The position numbers were made by a program, and so were the translations under genes. Shown here piece after piece: positions 1 through 8,737 of a stretch of 40,248 nucleotides of DNA (its first letter is position 1; each line of letters opens with the position of its first letter). The notes under the pieces are model-generated. The model saw only the letters and a program-made list of their open reading frames with translations, had not been told where the DNA came from and ran no database searches. This stretch comes from Bacteroidales bacterium (GTDB lineage: Bacteria > Bacteroidota > Bacteroidia > Bacteroidales > 4484-276), in NCBI GenBank assembly GCA_021740425.1, contig JAIOZV010000002.1:1-40248 (forward strand). The letters are read 5' to 3'.

Positions 1-1842
1 GTCAATTGTAATACCCGCAAATATCATGGTATGCTCGTTGTACCACAGCCGAAGTTTGGAAACGACCCTCATGTTTTACTTTCAACAATTCACGAAACAG
101 TTATTCAGCATAATGCCGAATTTAATTTAGGTATTCATAAATTTCAGGATAATGTGTATTACCCGCGAGGCCATAAATATGTTAGGGATTTTAAACTCGA
201 CCCCAATTCATGCATTACCTGGCGTGTGGGGGGTGTGGTACTCGAACGCGAAATGGTGTTTTCATCGCGCGAGGATATGCTCATGTTGAAATACACCCTT
301 GTTGAAGCACATTCCGAAACTCGCCTGCGTTTCAAGCCATTTCTCGCTTTCAGAAATATCCATACTTTATCAAAAGTAAATGATGATGTAAATAAAAGTT
401 TTAGGTTTGTTAAAAATGGCGCTGAATTTACAATGTATGATGGCTACACACCGCTTGTAATTCAATTTACAAAAGAACCTTTTTACACCCATGCCCCCGA
501 TTGGTACTATAACATCGAATACACTTACGAAAAAATCCGGGCTTACGATTATCTTGAGGATCTGTATGTGCCAGGTGTTTTTGAACTGGAATTGAAAATG
601 GGCGAAAGCATTGTGATAGGAGTCGGTACCAGGGAAATTTTACCGGCCGGGTTGAAACAAAAGTTTGCGGCAGAACTTAATAAGCGTATTCCCCGTGACA
701 ATTTTAAAAACTGTTTGCGCAATGCGTCAGAACAGTTTTTCGTAAACCGTGAGGATAAGACCGATTTAATGGCAGGTTTTCCGTGGTTCGGCCTCATCGG
801 CAGAGATACATTCATGGCCTTGCCCGGCTTGCTTTTGACCAGTGGCGATACAGATACTTTTGCCAAAGTTATCGATTCGATGATCCGCAGAATGCAGGGA
901 CCCTTCTTCCCAAGTGCTGTACTCAATCAAAAAATTGAATACAATTCCGTAGATACACAGCTTTGGTTTTTCTGGGCATTGCAGAAATATAATGAATACA
1001 TCGGCGAAACAAAAAAAAACTGGGCTAAATACAAGCATATCATAAGCAAAATCCTTGATGCCTACGCCGATGGAACTTGGTTTAATATCAGGATGGAGGA
1101 AAACGGGCTTTTGTTTGCAGGTGAGCATGGTTATGCATTAACATGGATGAACGCCATGATTGACGGGAAACCGGTTACACCGCGCATCGGAAACCCGGTA
1201 GAGGTAAATGCGCTTTGGTACAATGCCGTTATGTTTAGCCTTCAAATGGCGCAGGATGCCGGTGATATAGAGTTTTTTAAAAAGTGGAAGCCTGTTTCAA
1301 TAAAAATATCAGCATCTTTTGTTGACAAATTTTGGGATCAAAAAAAGGGTTATCTGGCAGATTTTATTCATGGTGAATACAAAGACTGGTCGGTGAGGCC
1401 AAACATGCTGCTGGCTGTAAGTATGCCATTTTCCGCTTTGGATGATCTGCAACAAAAAAAGGTTTTGGATGTGGTTGAGCGCGAGTTGCTCACACCGCGT
1501 GGCTTGCGGACACTTTCGCCAAAAAATGTGAAATACAAAGGCGTTTACCGAGGAACTTTTCAACAGCGCGAAGAAGCCTATCATCAGGGTTCGGTAATGC
1601 CGTGGCTTGTCGGGCATTTTGCCGAGGCATATCTTAAAGTTTACGGTAATAGCGGACTTTCGGTGGTTAAAAACTTGTACAACACTTTCGAACCTGAAAT
1701 GCAGGAATACGGAATTGGAACCATATCTGAACTTTTCGATGGCGATCCGCCACACAAACCTTCGGGAGCCACTTCGATGGCTACTGCCGTTGCCGAGCTC
1801 CTCCGGATCGATCAAATGATAATTAATACCAATTCACTTTGA
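1..1842 (+). CDS. Glycogen debranching enzyme, amylo-alpha-1,6-glucosidase family (GDE_N_bis + GDE_C); 5' end cut by the window edge
   Basis: Frame 1 is open from base 1 (VNCNTRKYHGMLVV...). The conserved N-terminal RKYHGLLV-type motif therefore precedes the first ATG at 31. GDE_C-type motifs are present: GFPWFGLIGRDTFMALPGL, LTWMNA, GNPVEVNALWYNA, HQGSVMPWLVGHF, ISELFDGD. Confidence 0.85.
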   Translation, partial: VNCNTRKYHGMLVVPQPKFGNDPHVLLSTIHETVIQHNAEFNLGIHKFQDNVYYPRGHKYVRDFKLDPNSCITWRVGGVVLEREMVFSSREDMLMLKYTLVEAHSETRLRFKPFLAFRNIHTLSKVNDDVNKSFRFVKNGAEFTMYDGYTPLVIQFTKEPFYTHAPDWYYNIEYTYEKIRAYDYLEDLYVPGVFELELKMGESIVIGVGTREILPAGLKQKFAAELNKRIPRDNFKNCLRNASEQFFVNREDKTDLMAGFPWFGLIGRDTFMALPGLLLTSGDTDTFAKVIDSMIRRMQGPFFPSAVLNQKIEYNSVDTQLWFFWALQKYNEYIGETKKNWAKYKHIISKILDAYADGTWFNIRMEENGLLFAGEHGYALTWMNAMIDGKPVTPRIGNPVEVNALWYNAVMFSLQMAQDAGDIEFFKKWKPVSIKISASFVDKFWDQKKGYLADFIHGEYKDWSVRPNMLLAVSMPFSALDDLQQKKVLDVVERELLTPRGLRTLSPKNVKYKGVYRGTFQQREEAYHQGSVMPWLVGHFAEAYLKVYGNSGLSVVKNLYNTFEPEMQEYGIGTISELFDGDPPHKPSGATSMATAVAELLRIDQMIINTNSL

Positions 1843-1922
1843 AGTCAGATTTCGATTTATTTCTCTAATTAAAAAACAATGTTGCATGGCTTTTCTTACC
1901 AAAAAACACGAAAATTAACACA

Positions 1923-3230
1923 ATGAAAGTACTCATGTTTGGATGGGAGTTCCCGCCACATATTACCGGAGGACTCGGAACCGCCTGTTTTGGCTTAACC
2001 AAAGGATTGGCGCATCATGGTGTGGAGATACAATTTGTTGTACCCAAAGCCTACGGTGATGAAGATGAGGCATCCGTGCGACTGGTCAGTGCCAGCAATG
2101 TGGAATTCAGCACCGGTGATGTGGATTTCAGGGAATTCTGGAAAAAAGTAACATACATGGAAATAGGTTCAAACCTGATTCCTTATGTGAGCCCTGAGGC
2201 TTTTAAAAAAATGGCATCTGCTAACATTCCCGGAAAGGACGAAGATTTGCTCAGGGAAAAAGTGCTTAAAACCAAATTTCAATTTTCAGGAAAGTATGGT
2301 ACAGATCTCATGGCTGAAGTTTCACGCTATGCCCTGATTGCCGGAAGTCTTGCCGGAAACACTGATTTCGACGTAATTCATGCCCACGACTGGCTGACAT
2401 ATCCCGCAGGTGTTGCAGCCAAAAAAATCAGCTGGAAACCCCTGATTGTACATATACATGCCACCGAATTTGACCGCTCGGGCAAGAACATCAACCAAAA
2501 TGTGTATGAGATCGAGCGCAAGGGTATGGAAGAGGCCGACCGGGTGATTGCCGTAAGTAATTTCACGAGAGATATTGTCATCGAAAAATATGGTATTCCG
2601 CCTGAAAAAGTCATTACTGTGCACAACGCCATCGAGCCGGCCGAATTAAATAAAACCAAAGCAACCAGGCATGTAAAAGAAAAAGTGGTGACTTTCCTCG
2701 GAAGGCTCACCCAGCAAAAAGGGCCTGAGTATTTTGTGGAAGCAGCCAGCCTGATTTTGAAAAAAGATAGAAATGTTCGCTTTGTTATGGCCGGCACAGG
2801 TGATATGCTGGATGGATTGGTAAGGCGTGTGGCTGAGTTGGGGCTGGGAACAAAATTTCATTTCACGGGTTTTTTAAAGGGCGCTGATGTGGATAAAATG
2901 TTTTGCCTGAGCGATGTTTTTGTCATGCCTTCGGTATCTGAGCCCTTTGGGCTGGTACCTCTTGAAGCCATGCGTCACGATGTTCCGGTGGTAATTTCCA
3001 AACAGTCGGGTGTTTCCGAAGTACTCAAAAATGCACTAAAGGTTGACTTTTGGGATATTCGCGGTTTGGCCGATGCCATCTACGGGCTGCTTCATTACAA
3101 AGGATTGGTAAATGAATTTAAAAAACACGGGAAACAGGAAGTGGAATTGCTGAAATGGAACAAAGCTGCCGCCGGGGTTTTGGAGGTATATCAAGATGTG
3201 GTAACGAATTCAGTGGGTAGCAGGCAGTAA
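1923..3230 (+). CDS. GT4-family retaining glycosyltransferase (glycogen-synthase-like)
   Basis: GT-B N-terminus MKVLMFGWEFPPHITGGLGTAC, HAHDWLT, and the E-x7-E motif SEPFGLVPLEAMRHDVPVV. It lies 80 nt after the GDE gene and 36 nt before the GH57 gene, so an operon is likely. Confidence 0.85.
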   Translation: MKVLMFGWEFPPHITGGLGTACFGLTKGLAHHGVEIQFVVPKAYGDEDEASVRLVSASNVEFSTGDVDFREFWKKVTYMEIGSNLIPYVSPEAFKKMASANIPGKDEDLLREKVLKTKFQFSGKYGTDLMAEVSRYALIAGSLAGNTDFDVIHAHDWLTYPAGVAAKKISWKPLIVHIHATEFDRSGKNINQNVYEIERKGMEEADRVIAVSNFTRDIVIEKYGIPPEKVITVHNAIEPAELNKTKATRHVKEKVVTFLGRLTQQKGPEYFVEAASLILKKDRNVRFVMAGTGDMLDGLVRRVAELGLGTKFHFTGFLKGADVDKMFCLSDVFVMPSVSEPFGLVPLEAMRHDVPVVISKQSGVSEVLKNALKVDFWDIRGLADAIYGLLHYKGLVNEFKKHGKQEVELLKWNKAAAGVLEVYQDVVTNSVGSRQ

Positions 3231-3266
3231 CTAATAACAATTAACGAATAACTTTTCCCTCAAACT

Positions 3267-4847
3267 ATGAGATCAATTTGTTTTTATTTTCAGGTGCATC
3301 AGCCTTTCAGGCTCAAAACTTACAGGTTTTTTGAGATGGGGCACGATCATTATTATTACAACGATTTCGAAAACAAGCACATTCTTAACCGGATTGCACA
3401 AAAGAATTACCTGCCTATGAATGCGCTGTTGCTTGAGCTGATTCAAAAACATGGCGAAGATTTTAAAGTTACCTTTTCCATCAGCGGAAGCGCCCTTGAG
3501 CAGTTCGAGGAATACGCCCCCGAAGTACTTGCCAGTTTTCAAAAGCTCGCCGCCACGGGCAACGTGGAATTTCTCGGCGAAACTTACTCACACTCACTTT
3601 CATCGCTAAAAAGTCCCGATGAATTCAGAAACCAGGTACAATTGCACAGCACCAAAGTGGAAGCATTGTTTGGCAAAAAGCCAACAGCCTTTCGCAACAC
3701 CGAGCTCATCTATTCGGATGGGATAGGGGAGATGGTTTACAACATGGGATTTGAAACCATGCTCACCGAAGGTGCCAGGCACGTTTTAGGCTGGAAAAGC
3801 CCCAATTTTATGTATTGCAACGCACGCAATCCTAAGCTCAAAATATTACTAAAAAATTATAAACTCAGCGATGATATTGCTTTCCGGTTTTCGCACCAGG
3901 GTTGGGAGGAATGGCCACTTACCGATGACAAATTTGTGAAATGGCTCAACCAAACCGACAAGGCTGAGGAAACAGTAAATCTTTTTATGGATTACGAAAC
4001 CTTTGGAGAGCATCAGTGGAAAGAAACCGGAATTTTCGATTTTATGAGCACTCTTCCCGGGAAAATATTGAAAAAGACCAATTTTAAATTTTCAACCCCA
4101 TCGGAATTGAGCAAAAGGCTCCAGCCTGTTTCCGCCATACATGTACCCCATCCCATTTCATGGGCCGACGAAGAACGCGATTTAACTGCCTGGCTGGGCA
4201 ATGAAATGCAGGATGAAGCATTTGATAAACTATACAGTCTCGAAAGTAAGGTAAATAAATGTAAAAATGCAGAGATTCTGGGAGACTGGAGGCGATTGCA
4301 AAACAGCGACCATTTTTACTACATGTGCACCAAATGGTTTTCGGACGGGGATGTGCACAAATATTTCAATCCTTACAATTCACCCTATGAGGCCTTTATC
4401 AATTACATGAATGTGCTTTCCGACTTCATAATTCGTGTGGAAGAACATTGTACAAAAACAGGTGCCGGTACCATTCTTGAAAAAGCCGGTGAATTGGGAA
4501 AAGAGATCAAAACGGTAAGCGAGAAAAAAGTTAAGGAAACAGTATCGAATATTAAGCATAAGATTGATGAGCAGCGAAAGATAACCCCAGCTTTCGATGA
4601 GCTAAAAGAGATGTCGAACGCCAAAATTAAGCTACTGCTCAAAGAAGTTGATGCGGAGAATTTGGCTTATGCCCTGAAAGATGCAAGCGAAGAAATCCAC
4701 AGTAAAGTATTTGCAAACATGACCAGTGCAACTCGTAAGGAATACCAACATCTTGTAAGCGAAATAAAAAAAGTGAAAAAAGAGGATATTTTAAAAAGCC
4801 GGGATAAGATTGTGGAAAAAATGTCGAATCTGTTTTTGAAAAAATAA
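3267..4847 (+). CDS. GH57 alpha-glucan-active enzyme (alpha-amylase type) with a C-terminal FliG_C-like extension
   Basis: GH57 conserved regions are visible: QVHQPFR, GNVEFLGETYSHS, AFRNTELIYSD (nucleophile Glu region), LFMDYETFGEH (acid/base Asp region), LQNSDHFYYM. Both putative catalytic residues appear retained. Confidence 0.85.
   Translation: MRSICFYFQVHQPFRLKTYRFFEMGHDHYYYNDFENKHILNRIAQKNYLPMNALLLELIQKHGEDFKVTFSISGSALEQFEEYAPEVLASFQKLAATGNVEFLGETYSHSLSSLKSPDEFRNQVQLHSTKVEALFGKKPTAFRNTELIYSDGIGEMVYNMGFETMLTEGARHVLGWKSPNFMYCNARNPKLKILLKNYKLSDDIAFRFSHQGWEEWPLTDDKFVKWLNQTDKAEETVNLFMDYETFGEHQWKETGIFDFMSTLPGKILKKTNFKFSTPSELSKRLQPVSAIHVPHPISWADEERDLTAWLGNEMQDEAFDKLYSLESKVNKCKNAEILGDWRRLQNSDHFYYMCTKWFSDGDVHKYFNPYNSPYEAFINYMNVLSDFIIRVEEHCTKTGAGTILEKAGELGKEIKTVSEKKVKETVSNIKHKIDEQRKITPAFDELKEMSNAKIKLLLKEVDAENLAYALKDASEEIHSKVFANMTSATRKEYQHLVSEIKKVKKEDILKSRDKIVEKMSNLFLKK
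4581..4844 (+). other. FliG C-terminal-domain-like helical module inside the GH57 CDS (about aa 439-526)
   Basis: Gap-free by-eye alignment of KIKLLLKEVDAENLAYALKDASEEIHSKVFANMTSATRKEY...VKKEDILKSRDKIV to the FliG_C core (IQRVLQEVDSESLLIALKGAEPPLREKFLRNMSQRAADIL...VRLSQVENEQKAIL). Confidence 0.6.
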
Positions 4848-4927
4848 AAGGGAAAGGGGACAGGCTTGAATGCAAAATACTTAAATTGTTCATCTTTAAA
4901 ACAACTTGTTGATCAACATGAATTCAC

Positions 4928-4935
4928 TACTTTTG
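4928..4935 (+). promoter_or_regulatory. Candidate Bacteroidota -7 promoter box TACTTTTG
   Basis: Perfect TAnnTTTG match 33 nt upstream of the ATG at 4968. A TTG-containing stretch lies about 20 nt further upstream. Confidence 0.35.
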
Positions 4936-4967
4936 CCTTTCGTAATAATTGAAACAAAACACTTGCT

Positions 4968-7900
4968 ATGAAACATTTAAAGACTACAATTTTACTACTT
5001 GCCATTGTAGCATTCTCGCTGCAGATTTCGGCACAAAACTACCAGTCACTCACAGATGAAGATTTTGCCAAACATCCTTACTGGATTGAAATGATGCAAG
5101 ATCAAAACGTAAACTTTTATGATGTGCAACATGCCTTTGAGGTGTATTGGCAGGATCGTGAAATAAGCAAGGGCAGTGGCTGGAAGCCATTCAAACGCTG
5201 GGAGTACATGATGAGCAGCCGCATTTACCCCGATGGAAGGCGCCCGGCTCCCGACCGTGAGTTTCTGGCTTACAAAGATTATCTTGCCAAACATCCCGAA
5301 CAAAAATCAGCAAATGGAAACTGGGAAAATCTGGGGCCGTTTTTGGTTCCGCCAAACAAAGGCTACCGTGGTTTAGGACGAATTAATGCCCTTTGTTTCC
5401 ACCCTACCGATGCACAGACCATTTATATTGGTGCTCCTGCCGGTGGGCTATGGATATCCAACGACCAGGGCACAAGCTGGCGTACCACCACCGATGGGCT
5501 GCCAACATTGGGCGTTTCGGCCATTGCCGTGGATCAAGACAACCCTAACATCATTTACATCGGAACCGGCGACCGCGATGCCGGTGATGCTCCCGGATTG
5601 GGCGTTTTTAAATCGTTCGATGCAGGCGAAACCTGGGATTTATACAATTACGGCATGGGAAATGCCACAGTAGCCAGATTCATTATACATCCCGAAAACA
5701 GCGAAATGATCTATGCAGCCACCAGTCTGGGTATTTTCCTCACGACCAACGGAGGCGAACTGTGGGAAAATAAAAAGTCAGGGTATTTTAAAGATATTGT
5801 TTTTAAGGTGGATGATCCAAACATCATTTTTGCAACCGCTAACGGCTCCTTTTACCGTTCGGCCGATGCCGGTGAAACCTGGACAGAAATTGAAAATGGT
5901 ATTCCTACAGGAAGTCGTGGAGTAATTGGTGTTACACCGGCCAACCCCAACGTTGTTTATTTTCTTTTGGCCTCAGGCAATGCCTATGGAGGAACCTATT
6001 ATTCCACAAATGCAGGCTTATCTTTTACCGAAATGTCAACCACTCCGAATATCATGAGCTGGGGTTGCGATGGCGGAGATGGCGGACAAGCATGGTACGA
6101 CCTGGATATTGCCGTTGATCCTACGGATGCAAATACCATTTTTGCAGGCGGGGTAAACTGTTTTAAATCCAGCGATGCAGGGGCAACCTGGCAAATCAGT
6201 TCGCACTGGTGGGGTGATTGCGGCGTTCCGGCAGTTCATGCCGACTTGCACGTCCTGGAATATAATCCCGTGGATGGGAGATTGTATGCCGGAAATGATG
6301 GAGGCATTTACTGGACTGCAAATGGCGGTTCATCATGGACATTAACAACAAATGGACTGGCCATTGGCCAGGTATATAAAATCGGGCAAAGCGCTACTGT
6401 AAAAGATAAAGTAATCAACGGTTATCAGGACAATGGAACTTCTACTTACATGGGTACAGAATTCTGGTATAATAACCTGGGTGGTGACGGCATGGAATGT
6501 GCCGTGGATCATGAAGTTGCCAACTACAGTTATGGAACACTTTATTATGGCGATATTTTCAGAATTATCAATAACAATGAAGCCAACAAAATTGCTGGAA
6601 TCGGCGTATTTGGAATTACCGAGGACGGTGCCTGGGTAACACCTTTCGTTTTGCACGAAGAGGAGGCAACCACTATGTTTGTCGGATTTAAAAATATATG
6701 GAGAGGAATCAATGTCCGTTCAGGAAACCCGACGTGGACAAAAATAACTGATGCTCCCGGCGGGAATAACTCCACCAACTTCCGTGATCTGGATCACTCG
6801 CCTGCAGATGTGAATATTTTGTATGCTGCACGCGAAAACCAAACCCTCTTCCGCAGCGACAATGTGAATGACCCATTTCCACAGTGGAGCAATTTATCGG
6901 CAAACCTGCCTTCATCTGCCTCCATCAACGATCTGGAGGCTCATCCTTTCAATCCCGAGATTGTGTATATGTGCCAGGGAAACGGAGTTTACAAATCGAT
7001 CAACCGCGGTCAAACCTGGCAGGATATTACAGGTTCCCTGCCTGATGTTTCGAAGAATGACCTTGCCTATTACGAAAACAGCCAGGAAGGGCTTTATCTT
7101 GCTACTGATATTGGAGTTTTTTACAAGGATGCCTTCATGGACGACTGGATGCTGTTCGACAACGGTTTTCCAGCAAGTGCTCGTGTAACCGAAGTTGAGA
7201 TTTATTATGAACAGGACGATCCAGCAGGTGATGTTATCCGTGCAGCAACCTATGGACGTGGTTTGTGGAGCTCAGACATGTATCACGCCGAACCGGTTGT
7301 TTCGTTCAGCGCTGATATGCAAATGGTACCTCCTTCCTGCCCCGTTAGTTTCACCGATCACTCCTCTGGCGTTCCAACTCAGTGGTCGTGGACCTTTGAA
7401 GGTGGCAACCCTGCCACTTCCAATGAGCCAAGCCCTGCAAATATTTTATTTGAAACACCCGGTAGTTATGATGTTACACTGACAGTAAGCAATGAGTTTG
7501 GAAGTAACACGCTGGTTATGGAAGACTATATTTTGGTAGATGAAACTTTGTTGCCCGATGTTGAGTTCACTGCCTCCAATAATGCCATCTGTTCCGGTGA
7601 AATTGTTTATTTTACTGACCATACACAATATTGCCCAACCGAATGGGAATGGAGTTTTGAACCTGCTGATGTGGAATTTGTAGAGAACACCAATGTAAAT
7701 AGCGAAAACCCTGCCGTGGTTTTTCTGTCCAATGCAAACTACAATGTAACACTTACTGCTACCTCAGCCAATGGATCTTCTGCACTCGAAAAGGAATCAT
7801 TCATTCTTTCGGGAGGATTTGCTCTGCCATTTCAGGCAGAATTTAATGATGGTTTTGAAGCCCAAAACTGGGTGGTTGAAAATGAAGACAGCAAAACCAC

Positions 7901-8621
7901 ATGGGAAATCGTTGAACCCGATTATTCACCTACCGGCAATAAAGCCGCATTTATAAATTTCTTTGCATACACTTCCATAGGGCAACGTGACAATTTAATT
8001 ACTCCGGCCATCAACCTTGAAGGCCTTGATGAACCCACGCTAAAATTCAATTATGCCTACACTTATCGCTATGTGCTCTACGATTCGCTGATAATTAAAA
8101 TTTCGGAAGACTGCGGCGAAACATGGCAGCGCATTTTCGCCAAGGGTCCCGATGGAAACGGCGGTTTTGAAACCAGAGAAGCTTTAACAAGTTCCTTTAA
8201 TCCGTCAAGCCCGGATGAATGGTGCGGAAACGGCTACGGTGCAGAATGTGTTTCGATCGACCTGAGCGAATTCGCCAGTATCCAAAATGTTAAGTTTATG
8301 TTTCAGGGCTACAACAAATACGGAAACAACCTCTACATCTCCGATATTGAGGTTACTTCACCCACTGCGATTTTTGAAAGTCAGGAGTCAAACAATAATT
8401 TCACTATTCATCCCAATCCAAATAACGGGACATTTACAATTCATGGTTTGATGAATGAAGCATACGCTTATAAAATTTATAATTCCAGAGGGCATTTAAT
8501 TCAATCGGGTGAAGGTACTGGTGATACTAACCTTCAGTTAAAGAATACATATTCAGGTATTTATTTTTTGAAAATTACAGCTTCACAATATACCGAAATC
8601 AGAAAAATCATTATTGAATAA
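4968..8621 (+). CDS. T9SS-secreted multidomain protein: BNR/Asp-box (sortilin/VPS10-like) beta-propeller, 2 PKD domains, choice-of-anchor-J/MAM-like domain, type-A CTD
   Basis: Signal peptide MKHLKTTILLLAIVAFSLQISAQ. At least 8 S/T-x-D-x-G-x-[ST]-W repeats (SNDQGTSWRT, SFDAGETWDL, TTNGGELWEN, SADAGETWTE, SSDAGATWQI, TANGGSSWTL, SINRGQTWQD). Two PKD-like units (VSFTDHSSGVPTQWSWTFEGG...YDVTLTVSNEFG; VYFTDHTQYCPTEWEWSFEP...YNVTLTATSANG). CTD: FTIHPNPNNGTFTIH...GIYFLKITASQYTEIRKIIIE. Confidence 0.8.
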   Translation: MKHLKTTILLLAIVAFSLQISAQNYQSLTDEDFAKHPYWIEMMQDQNVNFYDVQHAFEVYWQDREISKGSGWKPFKRWEYMMSSRIYPDGRRPAPDREFLAYKDYLAKHPEQKSANGNWENLGPFLVPPNKGYRGLGRINALCFHPTDAQTIYIGAPAGGLWISNDQGTSWRTTTDGLPTLGVSAIAVDQDNPNIIYIGTGDRDAGDAPGLGVFKSFDAGETWDLYNYGMGNATVARFIIHPENSEMIYAATSLGIFLTTNGGELWENKKSGYFKDIVFKVDDPNIIFATANGSFYRSADAGETWTEIENGIPTGSRGVIGVTPANPNVVYFLLASGNAYGGTYYSTNAGLSFTEMSTTPNIMSWGCDGGDGGQAWYDLDIAVDPTDANTIFAGGVNCFKSSDAGATWQISSHWWGDCGVPAVHADLHVLEYNPVDGRLYAGNDGGIYWTANGGSSWTLTTNGLAIGQVYKIGQSATVKDKVINGYQDNGTSTYMGTEFWYNNLGGDGMECAVDHEVANYSYGTLYYGDIFRIINNNEANKIAGIGVFGITEDGAWVTPFVLHEEEATTMFVGFKNIWRGINVRSGNPTWTKITDAPGGNNSTNFRDLDHSPADVNILYAARENQTLFRSDNVNDPFPQWSNLSANLPSSASINDLEAHPFNPEIVYMCQGNGVYKSINRGQTWQDITGSLPDVSKNDLAYYENSQEGLYLATDIGVFYKDAFMDDWMLFDNGFPASARVTEVEIYYEQDDPAGDVIRAATYGRGLWSSDMYHAEPVVSFSADMQMVPPSCPVSFTDHSSGVPTQWSWTFEGGNPATSNEPSPANILFETPGSYDVTLTVSNEFGSNTLVMEDYILVDETLLPDVEFTASNNAICSGEIVYFTDHTQYCPTEWEWSFEPADVEFVENTNVNSENPAVVFLSNANYNVTLTATSANGSSALEKESFILSGGFALPFQAEFNDGFEAQNWVVENEDSKTTWEIVEPDYSPTGNKAAFINFFAYTSIGQRDNLITPAINLEGLDEPTLKFNYAYTYRYVLYDSLIIKISEDCGETWQRIFAKGPDGNGGFETREALTSSFNPSSPDEWCGNGYGAECVSIDLSEFASIQNVKFMFQGYNKYGNNLYISDIEVTSPTAIFESQESNNNFTIHPNPNNGTFTIHGLMNEAYAYKIYNSRGHLIQSGEGTGDTNLQLKNTYSGIYFLKITASQYTEIRKIIIE

Positions 8622-8638
8622 GAAATAATCTATCCATG

Positions 8639-8705
8639 CACTGAGGCACTATGAGCAACTAAGGCAAACAGCAAATCTTAGTGCTCTCCGTGCCTCTGTG
8701 GTTTT
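8639..8705 (+). terminator. Long imperfect hairpin followed by GTTTT; probable intrinsic terminator of the 4968-8621 gene
   Basis: The outer stem pairs 8639-8649 with 8690-8700 (11 bp, 1 mismatch). The inner stem pairs 8653-8663 with 8677-8686 (10 bp, 1 bulge) around a 13-nt loop. A T-rich tract follows at 8702-8716. Confidence 0.45.
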
Positions 8706-8737
8706 AATACATTTTTCTCACATCAATATCCAGAAAT

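Noticed and set aside
1011-1019. A9 homopolymer inside the GDE gene, and similar T8-T9 runs at about 11643, 33800 and 38341, considered as slipped-strand phase-variation sites
   Set aside because: They encode Lys-Lys(-Asn) in an AT-rich genome. All the ORFs are intact. Without population data nothing distinguishes them from ordinary codon runs.
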